From assembly GCA_047150005.1 (NCBI GenBank), contig AP038806.1, positions 3,136,001 through 3,200,000 of the forward strand: a stretch of 64,000 nt of DNA, read 5' to 3'. This document shows positions 30,272 through 39,756 of this stretch, in pieces (within the stretch, counting starts at the first letter, position 1; the number at the start of each line of letters is the position of its first letter). The notes below the pieces were generated by a model. The model searched no databases and was not told the DNA's origin. It saw only the letters and a program-made list of their open reading frames with translations. Source of the DNA: Nitrospira sp. Lineage in GTDB: Bacteria > Nitrospirota > Nitrospiria > Nitrospirales > Nitrospiraceae. The position numbers and the translations under genes are program-made.

Positions 30272-30547
30272 GAGCAGATTGATCGTACGATCAGGCGTCC
30301 TTCAGCCGTCCCGATCGCACGGATAGGGTAGAAGCTGTACCTGAAAAGATAAACCATCGCCTCATGAGAAATCATTGGGAATCATGGGAATCATGTGGAG
30401 CAGGAGGCGCTACTGGTTGTCCGGCTGGCCGGACAGGGGGAATTGAAGTACAGTCGGCCAGGATTGCCGGGTAGACGGGCAGTCGAGCGGATCCTTTTCC
30501 CCTCCGCGAGCATGAGTCGACGAACCGGACACTGGCAGGGGGGCCTT

Positions 30548-31447
30548 ATGCAGCGAATCTTGTCGACCGTCGCGCTGTTCGTGCTGTGTGTCGGCTGTTC
30601 GCCGGTCCAGCCGGTTCAGGTCGAGACGATGAGAGTGCCTGAGACACCTTGCACAAGCGACCAGGCGATCATTTTCTGTGACGGATTCGAATCCGGTACC
30701 CTGAGCCTGTGGCAGGACGGAGTCGATCCCTCGCGGCATCAGGTGACCGCGGCTGATTCGGATGTGGTGAGCGGCCGACAGTCGTTGGAGGTGGTCTATC
30801 CGGCCGGTGCCGACGGAGGGTGGATGACCCGGTGGTTCATGCCGGGCTACGATCATGTGTTCGCCCGGATCTACGTGAGGTTTCAACCGGGCTGGCGCTG
30901 CGGCGGAAACTGCACAAAGCTCATCGCGTTCTACGCGAATCGGGTGGACGACCGGTGGTCCGGTTTCGGCAAGGCCGGCATGCGCCCGACCGGGCAGGAT
31001 TATTTCTACGCCGGACTGGCCACATCGAACTGGCATCGCCAACCGGATCCGGGCGAGATCATCTTCTACAGCTACCATCCGGAGATGCGTCAGGCTAGGG
31101 ACGGACACTTCTGGGGTAATTTCTCTTATCAGGACGATCCTCGGGATGCCCTGCGGCCCGGCCGTTGGTATTGTGTCGAGTTTGAAGTACAAGCCAACAG
31201 TCCCGGCCGACGTGACGGCTATCAAAACATGTGGATTGACGGTGTGCTCAAGGGACGGGCTTCCGGCATCAGGTGGCGGGATTCATCGGATGTGCGGATT
31301 AACGCGTTTCAGTTGACCTTCTCAGGCACGGTTCCGGTCGCCCAGCGGATGTGGATGGACGACGTCGTCGTCAGCACCGAGCGGATCGGGTGCAGCCGTC
31401 CTCTTCCACTGGACTCAACCGGTTCGACGACGACACCTCCTCAGTAG
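30548..31447 (+). CDS. Lipoprotein with polysaccharide-lyase/ConA-like jelly-roll features
   Basis: Lipobox CVG-C; IFCDGFESG, LEVVYPAG, GRWYCVEFEV...DGYQNMWIDG, WMDDVVVS. Confidence 0.65.
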   Translation: MQRILSTVALFVLCVGCSPVQPVQVETMRVPETPCTSDQAIIFCDGFESGTLSLWQDGVDPSRHQVTAADSDVVSGRQSLEVVYPAGADGGWMTRWFMPGYDHVFARIYVRFQPGWRCGGNCTKLIAFYANRVDDRWSGFGKAGMRPTGQDYFYAGLATSNWHRQPDPGEIIFYSYHPEMRQARDGHFWGNFSYQDDPRDALRPGRWYCVEFEVQANSPGRRDGYQNMWIDGVLKGRASGIRWRDSSDVRINAFQLTFSGTVPVAQRMWMDDVVVSTERIGCSRPLPLDSTGSTTTPPQ

Positions 31448-31471
31448 TACAAGCTCCCCGTGGGGCATCAA

Positions 31472-31822
31472 CTATTCGCAGGTACAGTTCGCCTTGTACT
31501 CCGTGCACATCGGTCCGAAACTCTTGAGGCAGTCACAGCTGCACTTGGGGGTCTTGTCGGCGGGGCAGGTGATCTTGCATGTGTCCTTGAGCCCTCTCCC
31601 GCAGGAAACGATTTCGCAGGAATTGGAGCCTTCGGCCACACCGAGCGGAGTATCCTTGCATTGAAGCGCGGACAGACTGCGATCGGAAGTCGGCCGCATG
31701 ATCACGGGGGAACCTGCCGCCGGCCTTTCGTCAGCCGACAAGACGGGAGCAGCCAGCGCCGAACACCACATCCACCCGGCCAGGGGGATACAGAGACGCA
31801 GGAAGGTCGACCGTCTCTTCAT
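31472..31822 (-). CDS. Small secreted Cys-rich protein
   Basis: GAAAGGAG RBS, signal peptide, 11 Cys in the last ~62 aa. Confidence 0.75.
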   Translation of the reverse strand: MKRRSTFLRLCIPLAGWMWCSALAAPVLSADERPAAGSPVIMRPTSDRSLSALQCKDTPLGVAEGSNSCEIVSCGRGLKDTCKITCPADKTPKCSCDCLKSFGPMCTEYKANCTCE

Positions 31823-32026
31823 TGATACGCTCCTTTCAAGACATCCGCTCGTCATGTCCACCTCTCGGTCCGCCGCTGCCGGCGCGTGTTTTCGATGAGC
31901 GGCGCCATGACGGGCGCTACTGTGTCTTAGTGTCGGGTTGAAAATCAAGCATGCGGAAGGAGAGGCGTCCTGTCGGTTTCCCGAATTTATTTTTTGAAGC
32001 GCTGCGTCTTGTGTAGAGTGGAGCCT

Positions 32027-32425
32027 ATGAACGATCAGATGGGTGAGCAAGACGAATTCCGGTTGTCCGGGATCAACCGTTTCCGACGTCATCCACGGGT
32101 CAGAATCGCGACGCCGTTCGCCTGCGCACTGTCGTCACTCAAGCCGCGTCATTGGTTGCGCAAGCCGACGGTGAATCTTGGAGTGGTCTACGATCTGTCG
32201 TTGAGGGGGGCGCGGGTCAGCACGCGCGCGGTCATGAGGCCGGGCGACGAAGTGGCGATCAGCCTCCGCTTGCCCAAACAAATCCGCTCCGCCGACATCT
32301 CCCTGGCAACCGTCCGCTGGGCCAAAGATCAGTTTGTCGGGTTGGCGTTCACCAGGCTGTCGGCATCATGCTACGGCCGGCTGAAAAAGTACGTGGCGAT
32401 CGCCTCCAGAGCCGTCCCGGTATAG
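32027..32425 (+). CDS. PilZ domain protein
   Basis: RRHPR and DLSLRG motifs; ATVRW...GLAF. Confidence 0.85.
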   Translation: MNDQMGEQDEFRLSGINRFRRHPRVRIATPFACALSSLKPRHWLRKPTVNLGVVYDLSLRGARVSTRAVMRPGDEVAISLRLPKQIRSADISLATVRWAKDQFVGLAFTRLSASCYGRLKKYVAIASRAVPV

Positions 32426-32437
32426 CCCGGCGGAGCG

Positions 32438-32809
32438 ATGGAACGTATGATAAACCAGGTCGAGCCGACTCATCCCGTCAAGGAACTGCGTCGGACACCG
32501 CGATTGCGGGTTCCTGTGCCGTTTGCCTGCTCTTTTTCCCGGTTGGGCCTGTCCCGGTGGCGGTTCGGAGACCGGGGCGGTCACGGGGTCGTGTTCGACC
32601 TCTCGGTCAGGGGCGCCAGGGTCATGAGCCCGGTTTCCGTGAAGGAGGGAGATGAACTGGCGATATCCCTCAGACTGCCCAATCATCCCACGACGATGAG
32701 CCTGGATGCCACCGTCCGGTGGCATCAGGAGCATGTATTCGGCCTCGAGTTCGGTATGATTCCCCAGGGTGCTGAAACCCGCCTGCGCAAGTACCTCGCC
32801 CGAATTTGA
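32438..32809 (+). CDS. PilZ domain protein (tandem paralog)
   Basis: RRTPR and DLSVRG motifs; ATVRW...FGLEF. Confidence 0.87.
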   Translation: MERMINQVEPTHPVKELRRTPRLRVPVPFACSFSRLGLSRWRFGDRGGHGVVFDLSVRGARVMSPVSVKEGDELAISLRLPNHPTTMSLDATVRWHQEHVFGLEFGMIPQGAETRLRKYLARI

Positions 32810-32858
32810 GCGATCGCTTCGTCTACAGAGGAGATTGAATCGGTTTGTGTTACGGGGC

Positions 32859-32884
32859 CCGGCGCGGACAAGGGTCCGTGCCGG
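32859..32884. terminator. GC-rich hairpin between convergent genes
   Basis: CCGGCGCGGAC-AAGG-GTCCGTGCCGG, 11-bp stem with one G-U pair on the + strand; no U-tract. Confidence 0.35.
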
Positions 32885-32903
32885 AGAGGGATCGTAATAT
32901 GAA

Positions 32904-35225
32904 TTACTTGATCGCGACCGCCTTGACTTCCTTGAACGTGGTGTGGCCGAGCAGGCATTTCTGAATGCCGTCTTGGAGGAGCGTGCTCATCCCGTCTTCG
33001 ATGGCGGCTTTGACCATCTCCTCGGTCTTGGATTTGGTTTGAATCAGTCGCTTCATGCGGTCGGTCCCCAGCAGCAGCTCATGCAGGGCGACCCGTCCCT
33101 TGAAGCCAGAACGGTTGCAGTTGTCACAGCCCTTCCCCTTGGTAAGGCGGAACGTATTGTCCTGCGGGATTCCGAGCTTGTCCCACAGCTCGGGTCCATA
33201 ACCAAGGCGAATTTCCTCGTATTCCTCCTTGGTTCCCACATACTGTTCTTTGCAGTCCTTGCACACCCGACGAGCCAGGCGTTGAGCGAGCACTCCCAGC
33301 ATTGCGTCGGCGAAACTGAATGAATCGCAACCCATATCGAGGAGCCGCGTCACGGTTTCCACGGCGCTGTTGGTGTGCAAGGTGCTCATGACCAAGTGAC
33401 CGGTCAGCGACGCTTCGATGCCGATCTCGGCCGTCTCCTTATCCCGCATTTCTCCCACCATGATCACGTCCGGGTCCGCTCGCAGGAACGCGCGCATGGC
33501 CTTGGCGAAGGTGAAATCGATCTTCGGCTGCACCTGAACCTGGCGCAGCCCGTATTGGGTGATTTCGACGGGATCTTCCGCCGTCCAGATCTTGATATCG
33601 GGCGTGTTGATGTAGCCGAGCACCGAGTGCAGCGTGGTGGTTTTTCCTGAGCCGGTCGGTCCGACGCACAGGATAATCCCGTATGGCTTCTCCGCGATAT
33701 CCTTAATGGCCTTCAGATTCCGGTCGGAAAAGCCCATCTTGTCGAGCGGCAAGGGCTCGCTGGCTGCGAGGATACGCATGACCACGTCCTCGTTGTACCC
33801 GGCAGTGGGAATCGTCGCCACGCGCAATTCAATTTCCTTGCTTCCGCTCAGGTTGAACTTGATCTTGCCGTCCTGAGGCTTTCTCCGTTCGGCGATGTCC
33901 AGGCTCGCCATGATTTTCAGGCGCGAGACGATCGCGCGCCGGTAGCTCTGTGGAATCTTCATGTACTCGAAACATTCCCCGTCGACCCGGAAACGGACCA
34001 GGGTTTCCCGTTTCTCGCCGTAAGGTTCGATATGAATATCTGATGCGTTTTGTCTGTACGCATCCGCGATAATCTGGTTCGCGAGACGGACGATGGCGCT
34101 GTCGTTCTCATCGAGCCCTCCGGTGGTGGAGGATTCCTCCATCGCCTCGGATTGCGCTTCGGTGACGAGCTCGCCCAGGATGTCCGAGACATTTTCGTCC
34201 AGTTTCCGTCCGCCGACATCGCCTCCACCGGTCGCAGCGGTCAAAAACTGTGAGATGTCGCGACGAAGGCTGACGGCAAAGCGGATGTTGAGCCCGGGGA
34301 ACGTCCGTTTGATGTCCGCCACCCGGTCCAGATCGCCGGGGTCGTCCGTCAGGATTTCGATCGCCGTCCGATCGCGCTTCAACGGCATCCAGTGGTTCTT
34401 CTTGAGATAGTCGACGTTGAGATTTTTGAGTAATTCCACGTCGACGAGCGTGCGCTCGCTGTATTCGATATAGGGGCATTTATGGAACTGAGCCAGTGAC
34501 TTGCCGATGTCCGGCTTCGGCACTTTGTATTTTTCGATTAGGATGCTCTCCAGGTCGGAGAGTCCTTTGCGCGACTCGGCGATGGCGTTGTCGAGTTCGT
34601 TTTGCGTGATGCGGTTGTTTGTAACGAGAAGATCGAACTTGGTGGGAGTCTTCTTCGTCGCCACCTTGCGTAAATTGAAGAAGGCGATGCCCAGCGCTTT
34701 GGCGATTTCGGCGACCGACTCTTCGTCCTTCCTGGTGAAGCGGCCGCCACTTTTCTTGTTGAGCAGCTGCAGCACCCCCATGAGGTACTTGTTGTCGGCG
34801 ACGATCGGATAGGTCAGTACCTGCTTAGTCCTGAAGCCCGTGCGCTTGTCGTAGGCCGTGTCATGGAGCAGGGACGGATGAATGCCTTGAAGTTCCGCGA
34901 TGCTGTAGGCGTCGGCGATATTCACGGGTCGCAGGTATTTGGCGCAGAATCCTGCCAGACTTTGTTCGGTGATGGGAATGCGGACTTCCTCGACCGTATC
35001 GATGTGCGGGACCTTGGAGAAGATTTCCTTCTTCTCTGAATCAAAGGCGAAGAGCGTCAGATCTTCCGCATCGAAGAGACTCAGGATGTCTTTGTGGAGA
35101 TCGAGAAGAATGTGGTCCAGATTGCTGGCGGCGTGGATCTGGGAGGTGATCCGCTTGACGTGTTCTGCGAACTCGACTTTTTGCTGCAGCTCCTGAAGAT
35201 TCTGAGGCATCGATTTCGACTGCAT
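32904..35225 (-). CDS. GspE/PilB-family secretion ATPase with N-terminal GAF domain
   Basis: GAF (DKRTGFRTKQVLTYP...GVLQLLNK), SDIHIEP, GPTGSGKTT, EDPVE, RADPDVIMVGEMRD, STLHTN, CKDC/CDNC. Confidence 0.92.
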   Translation of the reverse strand: MQSKSMPQNLQELQQKVEFAEHVKRITSQIHAASNLDHILLDLHKDILSLFDAEDLTLFAFDSEKKEIFSKVPHIDTVEEVRIPITEQSLAGFCAKYLRPVNIADAYSIAELQGIHPSLLHDTAYDKRTGFRTKQVLTYPIVADNKYLMGVLQLLNKKSGGRFTRKDEESVAEIAKALGIAFFNLRKVATKKTPTKFDLLVTNNRITQNELDNAIAESRKGLSDLESILIEKYKVPKPDIGKSLAQFHKCPYIEYSERTLVDVELLKNLNVDYLKKNHWMPLKRDRTAIEILTDDPGDLDRVADIKRTFPGLNIRFAVSLRRDISQFLTAATGGGDVGGRKLDENVSDILGELVTEAQSEAMEESSTTGGLDENDSAIVRLANQIIADAYRQNASDIHIEPYGEKRETLVRFRVDGECFEYMKIPQSYRRAIVSRLKIMASLDIAERRKPQDGKIKFNLSGSKEIELRVATIPTAGYNEDVVMRILAASEPLPLDKMGFSDRNLKAIKDIAEKPYGIILCVGPTGSGKTTTLHSVLGYINTPDIKIWTAEDPVEITQYGLRQVQVQPKIDFTFAKAMRAFLRADPDVIMVGEMRDKETAEIGIEASLTGHLVMSTLHTNSAVETVTRLLDMGCDSFSFADAMLGVLAQRLARRVCKDCKEQYVGTKEEYEEIRLGYGPELWDKLGIPQDNTFRLTKGKGCDNCNRSGFKGRVALHELLLGTDRMKRLIQTKSKTEEMVKAAIEDGMSTLLQDGIQKCLLGHTTFKEVKAVAIK

Positions 35226-35426
35226 TCCGAGTCGCTCCACCTGTCGTTAGTATTGACTCCACGGATCGAGAATCGCACGGGAGTTATCCAAGTACTTCGG
35301 CAGGATCACGAGTCAGTCTATCGGAACGGAGGTGGAAGGCAAGGAAAAGGTCGATTTACGATGGAGAAACGGACATCGGGTGCGTGCTGGTGCAACGGTT
35401 CCGGTCGCGCGCACGCGGCGGTGTCG

Positions 35427-37145
35427 TCAAGCGTTCGGGGTTCGAAACGCGCGGGAGAGATCCAGCAACGTGCCGGACACATCGGTCGGGGCGAGCTTGA
35501 GTTTGTCGCCGGTTCGTCGGCTTTTCATTTCCACGGTGCCGCTCGCCAATCCCTTCTCACCCACGATGAGTTGATAGGGGGCGCCGATCAGATCGGCGTC
35601 ATTGAATTTCACCCCGGCGCGCTCGTCGCGATCGTCCAAGAGGACTTCAAATCCGGCCGTCTCCAGCTCCGAATAGAGCCGAGAGGTGGCGTCTCTCACG
35701 GCGGGGGATTCTCCCAAGGGCAGAAGATGCACGTGGAACGGCGCAATGGGGAAAGGCCAGATGATTCCCTTGTCGTCATGGTTCTGCTCGACCGCCGCCG
35801 CCGCCGTTCGACCGACGCCGATCCCGTAGCAACCCATGACCGCAAGGGATTCCTTTCCGTTCGGGTCCAGGAACGAGGCCTTCATCGATTGGCTGTACTT
35901 GGTGCCCAGCATGAAGACGTGTCCTACTTCGATCCCCTTGGTGGTCTTGAGGATGCCGTCTTTGCGCGGTGATGGGTCGCCGGCTCTGGCGTTTCTCAAG
36001 TCGGCGAACCGTTCGACCTGGAAATCCCGATCCCAATTCACGTCCACGTAATGCGTGTCCGCCTGGTTTCCGCCCACGACCGCGTTGCGGGCAGTCTTGA
36101 CGGCGTGATCGGCGATCACCCGCACACCTGTGAGTCCGACCGGACCTGCGAATCCGACCGGGGCACCGGTGAGCGTTTCGACGACGGTTTGGCCGGCCAG
36201 TTCGACTTCGGTCACACCCAGGACCCGCCGGATCTTGATCTCGTTGGCGTCATGATCCCCTCGGACCAGAACGGCGATCGTCTGGTCTCCCGCCGTATAC
36301 AGCAGGGTCTTAATCAAGCGGGTCGGGTCGATCTTCAGGAATGTGGTCACTTCTTCGACGGTCCGGCAATTCGGCGTGTGCACGGGCCGTAACGGCCGGC
36401 GCTCCTCGGTGCTGTCGTCCTCGGGCGGCAACAACTCGGCTCGTTCCACGTTGGCCGCATAGGCGCCCGTTTCGGTGTAGACGACGGTTTCCTCTCCGGT
36501 GTCGGCCAGGACCATGAATTCGTGAGAGGACGTCCCGCCGATCAAGCCGGTATCCGCCTCCACGGCTCGGAAGGTCAGTCCACATCGCGTAAAGATACGA
36601 TGATAGGCGTCGTACATTTTTTGATAGCTCGCGCGTGCCCCGGCCTCGTCGGCGTCGAAGCTATAGGCGTCCTTCATGATGAATTCCCGGCCTCGCATCA
36701 GACCGAAGCGCGGACGGATTTCGTCCCGGAACTTGGTTTGGATCTGATAGAAGTTCAACGGCAGCTGGCGATAGGATCGCACTTCCCGCCTGACCAGGTC
36801 AGTGATGACTTCCTCGTGCGTCGGGCCCAGACAGAAATCCCGCTCGTGCCGGTCCTTGAACCGCAGCAACTCTTTGCCGTAGTAGTCCCAGCGTCCCGTT
36901 TCCCGCCACAGCTCCGCAGGCGAGGCCACCGGCATCAGCAGCTCCTGGGCGCCCGCGCGATTCATTTCTTGGCGGATGATGTCCTCGACTTTGCGGATGA
37001 TGCGCAGCCCGAGAGGCAGATACGTATAGATGCCTGCGGCGACCTTGCGGATGAGCCCCGAGCGGAGCATCAGCCGATGACTGACGGTTTCAGCTTCGCC
37101 CGGGTCTTCCCGCAGAGTGGGGAGGAGGAGTTGGGATGTCCGCAT
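35427..37145 (-). CDS. proS: Proline--tRNA ligase
   Basis: LGPTHEE, KFRDEIRPRFGLMRGREFIMKDAYSF, INS editing domain, GIEVGHVF, MGCYGIG. Confidence 0.98.
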   Translation of the reverse strand: MRTSQLLLPTLREDPGEAETVSHRLMLRSGLIRKVAAGIYTYLPLGLRIIRKVEDIIRQEMNRAGAQELLMPVASPAELWRETGRWDYYGKELLRFKDRHERDFCLGPTHEEVITDLVRREVRSYRQLPLNFYQIQTKFRDEIRPRFGLMRGREFIMKDAYSFDADEAGARASYQKMYDAYHRIFTRCGLTFRAVEADTGLIGGTSSHEFMVLADTGEETVVYTETGAYAANVERAELLPPEDDSTEERRPLRPVHTPNCRTVEEVTTFLKIDPTRLIKTLLYTAGDQTIAVLVRGDHDANEIKIRRVLGVTEVELAGQTVVETLTGAPVGFAGPVGLTGVRVIADHAVKTARNAVVGGNQADTHYVDVNWDRDFQVERFADLRNARAGDPSPRKDGILKTTKGIEVGHVFMLGTKYSQSMKASFLDPNGKESLAVMGCYGIGVGRTAAAAVEQNHDDKGIIWPFPIAPFHVHLLPLGESPAVRDATSRLYSELETAGFEVLLDDRDERAGVKFNDADLIGAPYQLIVGEKGLASGTVEMKSRRTGDKLKLAPTDVSGTLLDLSRAFRTPNA

Positions 37146-37151
37146 GAGTCG

Positions 37152-38546
37152 TCAGTGGGAGAAGAAGATTCGTTCGAGGTCGTTCCAGAAGGCAAAAATC
37201 ATCACGCCGACCAGCAGGACCAGCCCGACTTGCTGAGCCACTTCGCGCTGGCGCTCGCCGAGCGGCTTCCGGAGGATGCCTTCTATGAGGAAGAAAAGCA
37301 AGTGTCCCCCGTCCAGGATGGGGATAGGAAGGAGATTGAGCACGCCCAGATTGATGCTGAGGATCGCGATGAGGAAGATGACGCTCGAGACACCTTGCGA
37401 GGCGGCTTCGCCGGAAATGTTGGCGATGGTCAGCGGCCCGCCGATGTTCTTGCTCGAAATGTCCCCGACGATCATCTTGTACAGCCCGACCGCGGTCAGT
37501 TCCGTCCAGCCCCAGGTCGCCCCCAGGCCGTCGTAGAGGGAGAGCAGCGGATTGGTCGATCGCATGACGGAACGGCCCGGACCGGATATGCCGATCTTTC
37601 CGACTTCCACCTGCCGGCCGTTCACCGTCGTCTTCTCGGCCGAAGGCGTCACGGTCAGCGGCATGCGCCGACTCTCGCGCAGAACCTCCAGCTGGAGCGG
37701 TCGGTTGGGGTGATCCTTCACCATCCCGGTCATCTGAGACCAGGTGTAGATCGGTTGGCCGTCGATGCTCACGACGCGATCGCCCGCCTGAAGCCCGGCC
37801 TGCGCGGCCGGGGAACCGTGCATGACGGAGGTCACCAACGCAGGCGTCTCTTCAATGCCCAGTGCATAGACCGTTTCATCGGTCTGCGAGGATTGGGATG
37901 GAGCCTTGGTGGGAGCGACGCTGATCGTTTTGGCCTGCCCGTCGCGCAATATCTCGAGGGAAATGGCTTGTCCGTTGCTCTTTGCGACGGCGTCAAAAAG
38001 CTCCGTTCGCGTGGAGATGTCCCGCCCATTGACCTTGGTGATCCGGTCCCCGATCTGCATTCCCGCCTGGGCGGCCGGTGATCCCGGGACCATGGCCTCG
38101 ACGTCGGCGCTCAAGTCCTTGAAGGTCGGTACAAACAGCGGGGAGCCCGTGGCCAGCCAGCCTGCAAAGATCAGATAGGCGAGGATAAAGTTGAAGCCCG
38201 GTCCCGCCGCCACGATCAGCACCTTCCCCCACAAGCCCTGATGCGCGAAGGACCTTCGCCGGTCCTCCGGCGTGATGGCTTCGGCCTCGTCCTCGCCGAA
38301 GAGCTTGACGTAGCCGCCGAGCGGAATCGCGGACACGAGATATTCGGTATCGCCCATCTGCCGGCCGAAGATCTTCGGGCCGAACCCCAGCGAAAACTTG
38401 AGCACTTTGACCCCGACCCAGCGGGCGGCTAGAAAATGGCCGAGCTCGTGAAAGGCCACCAAGACCCCCAGGACGACAAGAAACCACCACGCCTTCTGGA
38501 GCAGGAGCCAGACGCTGTCAGGAGCCCAAGTCAACGCCATAAACAC
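37152..38546 (-). CDS. rseP: RIP metalloprotease RseP
   Basis: HELGH, two PDZ domains, NLLPIPILDGG. Confidence 0.96.
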   Translation of the reverse strand: MFMALTWAPDSVWLLLQKAWWFLVVLGVLVAFHELGHFLAARWVGVKVLKFSLGFGPKIFGRQMGDTEYLVSAIPLGGYVKLFGEDEAEAITPEDRRRSFAHQGLWGKVLIVAAGPGFNFILAYLIFAGWLATGSPLFVPTFKDLSADVEAMVPGSPAAQAGMQIGDRITKVNGRDISTRTELFDAVAKSNGQAISLEILRDGQAKTISVAPTKAPSQSSQTDETVYALGIEETPALVTSVMHGSPAAQAGLQAGDRVVSIDGQPIYTWSQMTGMVKDHPNRPLQLEVLRESRRMPLTVTPSAEKTTVNGRQVEVGKIGISGPGRSVMRSTNPLLSLYDGLGATWGWTELTAVGLYKMIVGDISSKNIGGPLTIANISGEAASQGVSSVIFLIAILSINLGVLNLLPIPILDGGHLLFFLIEGILRKPLGERQREVAQQVGLVLLVGVMIFAFWNDLERIFFSH

Positions 38547-38585
38547 GGGGTTACTCCATTTCGGATTGTTATCAAGTTCGGATTG

Positions 38586-39746
38586 TTATCGAGCCAATGA
38601 TCCAGCGAGCGATTCGGCCTTTTCTCTGGCCCATCGGTCGGCCTCCAGCGCGGCCTCGATCGTATCGACCTCGCGGCGCTGATGGGCATCCATGGTCTGT
38701 CTGATGATGTCCGCGATGGCTGGGAACTTGATGCCGCCGTTCAAGAATGCTTCCACCGCGATTTCGTTGGCGGCGTTCATCGCAGCCGGCATCGTTCCGC
38801 CGATGCGCAGCGATTCGTAGCCCAGTCGGAGACAGGGAAAACGATCGTGGTCGGGTTTGCAGAACGACAACCTGCCCACCTCCGTGAGATCGAGCGACGG
38901 AAGGTCAAGGGCTAGACGTTCAGGGTAGCGCATGGCGTAGGAGATCGGGGTCCGCATGTCCGGTAATCCGAGTTGGGCGATCATCGATCGATCTCCGTAT
39001 TCTACCAGAGAGTGGATGATGCTTTCCCGGTGAACCAGCACGTCGATGCGGGATTCCGGGATATCGAACAGCCATCGGGCTTCGACCACTTCCAGACCTT
39101 TGTTCATTAGCGTGGCGGAATCGATAGTGATCTTGGCGCCCATTTTCCAGTTGGGGTGTTGGAGCGCTTGCTCAGGGGTGACTTCCTGCAGTTGTTCCTT
39201 GGTGAGAGTCCAGAGCGCGCCACCGGACGCGGTCAGGATCAGGCGCCGGACATCCTCGATCCGGTGGCCTTCCAACGACTGGAAGATGGCGCTATGTTCG
39301 CTATCGACCGGAAAAATCTTGACCTTGTGACGACGGGCTTCCTCCTGCATCAACTGTCCGGCCATCACCATCGGTTCCTTGTTGGCCAGGGCGATGTGCT
39401 TGCCGCTGCGAATGGCCGCCAAGGTAGGGACGAGTCCGGCTCCACCGACAATGGCCGACACGACCAACTCCGCCTCCTGGAGTGCTGCGACCTGGGTCAG
39501 ACCGTCCTGTCCGGACAGAATTTCAACGGAGACATCGGCGCAGCGGCGGCGGAGCCTGGCTGCGGCCGCTTCGTTGGCCAGAGCGACGACACGCGGTTTG
39601 TACCGGCGGATCTGGTCATCCAACATGTCATCGTTGTTTCCCGCCGTCAAACCGGCGACTCGAAACTGATCGGGAAATCGGCTCACGATATCCAGGGTGT
39701 TCGTCCCGATTGAGCCGGTGGATCCCAGGATTACGATAGTCTTCAT
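38586..39746 (-). CDS. dxr: 1-deoxy-D-xylulose 5-phosphate reductoisomerase
   Basis: LGSTGSIG, LANKE, PVDSEH, HPNWKMG, NKGLE. Confidence 0.98.
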   Translation of the reverse strand: MKTIVILGSTGSIGTNTLDIVSRFPDQFRVAGLTAGNNDDMLDDQIRRYKPRVVALANEAAAARLRRRCADVSVEILSGQDGLTQVAALQEAELVVSAIVGGAGLVPTLAAIRSGKHIALANKEPMVMAGQLMQEEARRHKVKIFPVDSEHSAIFQSLEGHRIEDVRRLILTASGGALWTLTKEQLQEVTPEQALQHPNWKMGAKITIDSATLMNKGLEVVEARWLFDIPESRIDVLVHRESIIHSLVEYGDRSMIAQLGLPDMRTPISYAMRYPERLALDLPSLDLTEVGRLSFCKPDHDRFPCLRLGYESLRIGGTMPAAMNAANEIAVEAFLNGGIKFPAIADIIRQTMDAHQRREVDTIEAALEADRWAREKAESLAGSLAR

Positions 39747-39756
39747 GATGGCTCCT

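Noticed and set aside
31971..31986. TGTCGG-N4-CCGA palindrome-like site, with similar half-sites at ~24972 and ~55859
   Set aside because: Matches are partial and expected by chance at this GC content.
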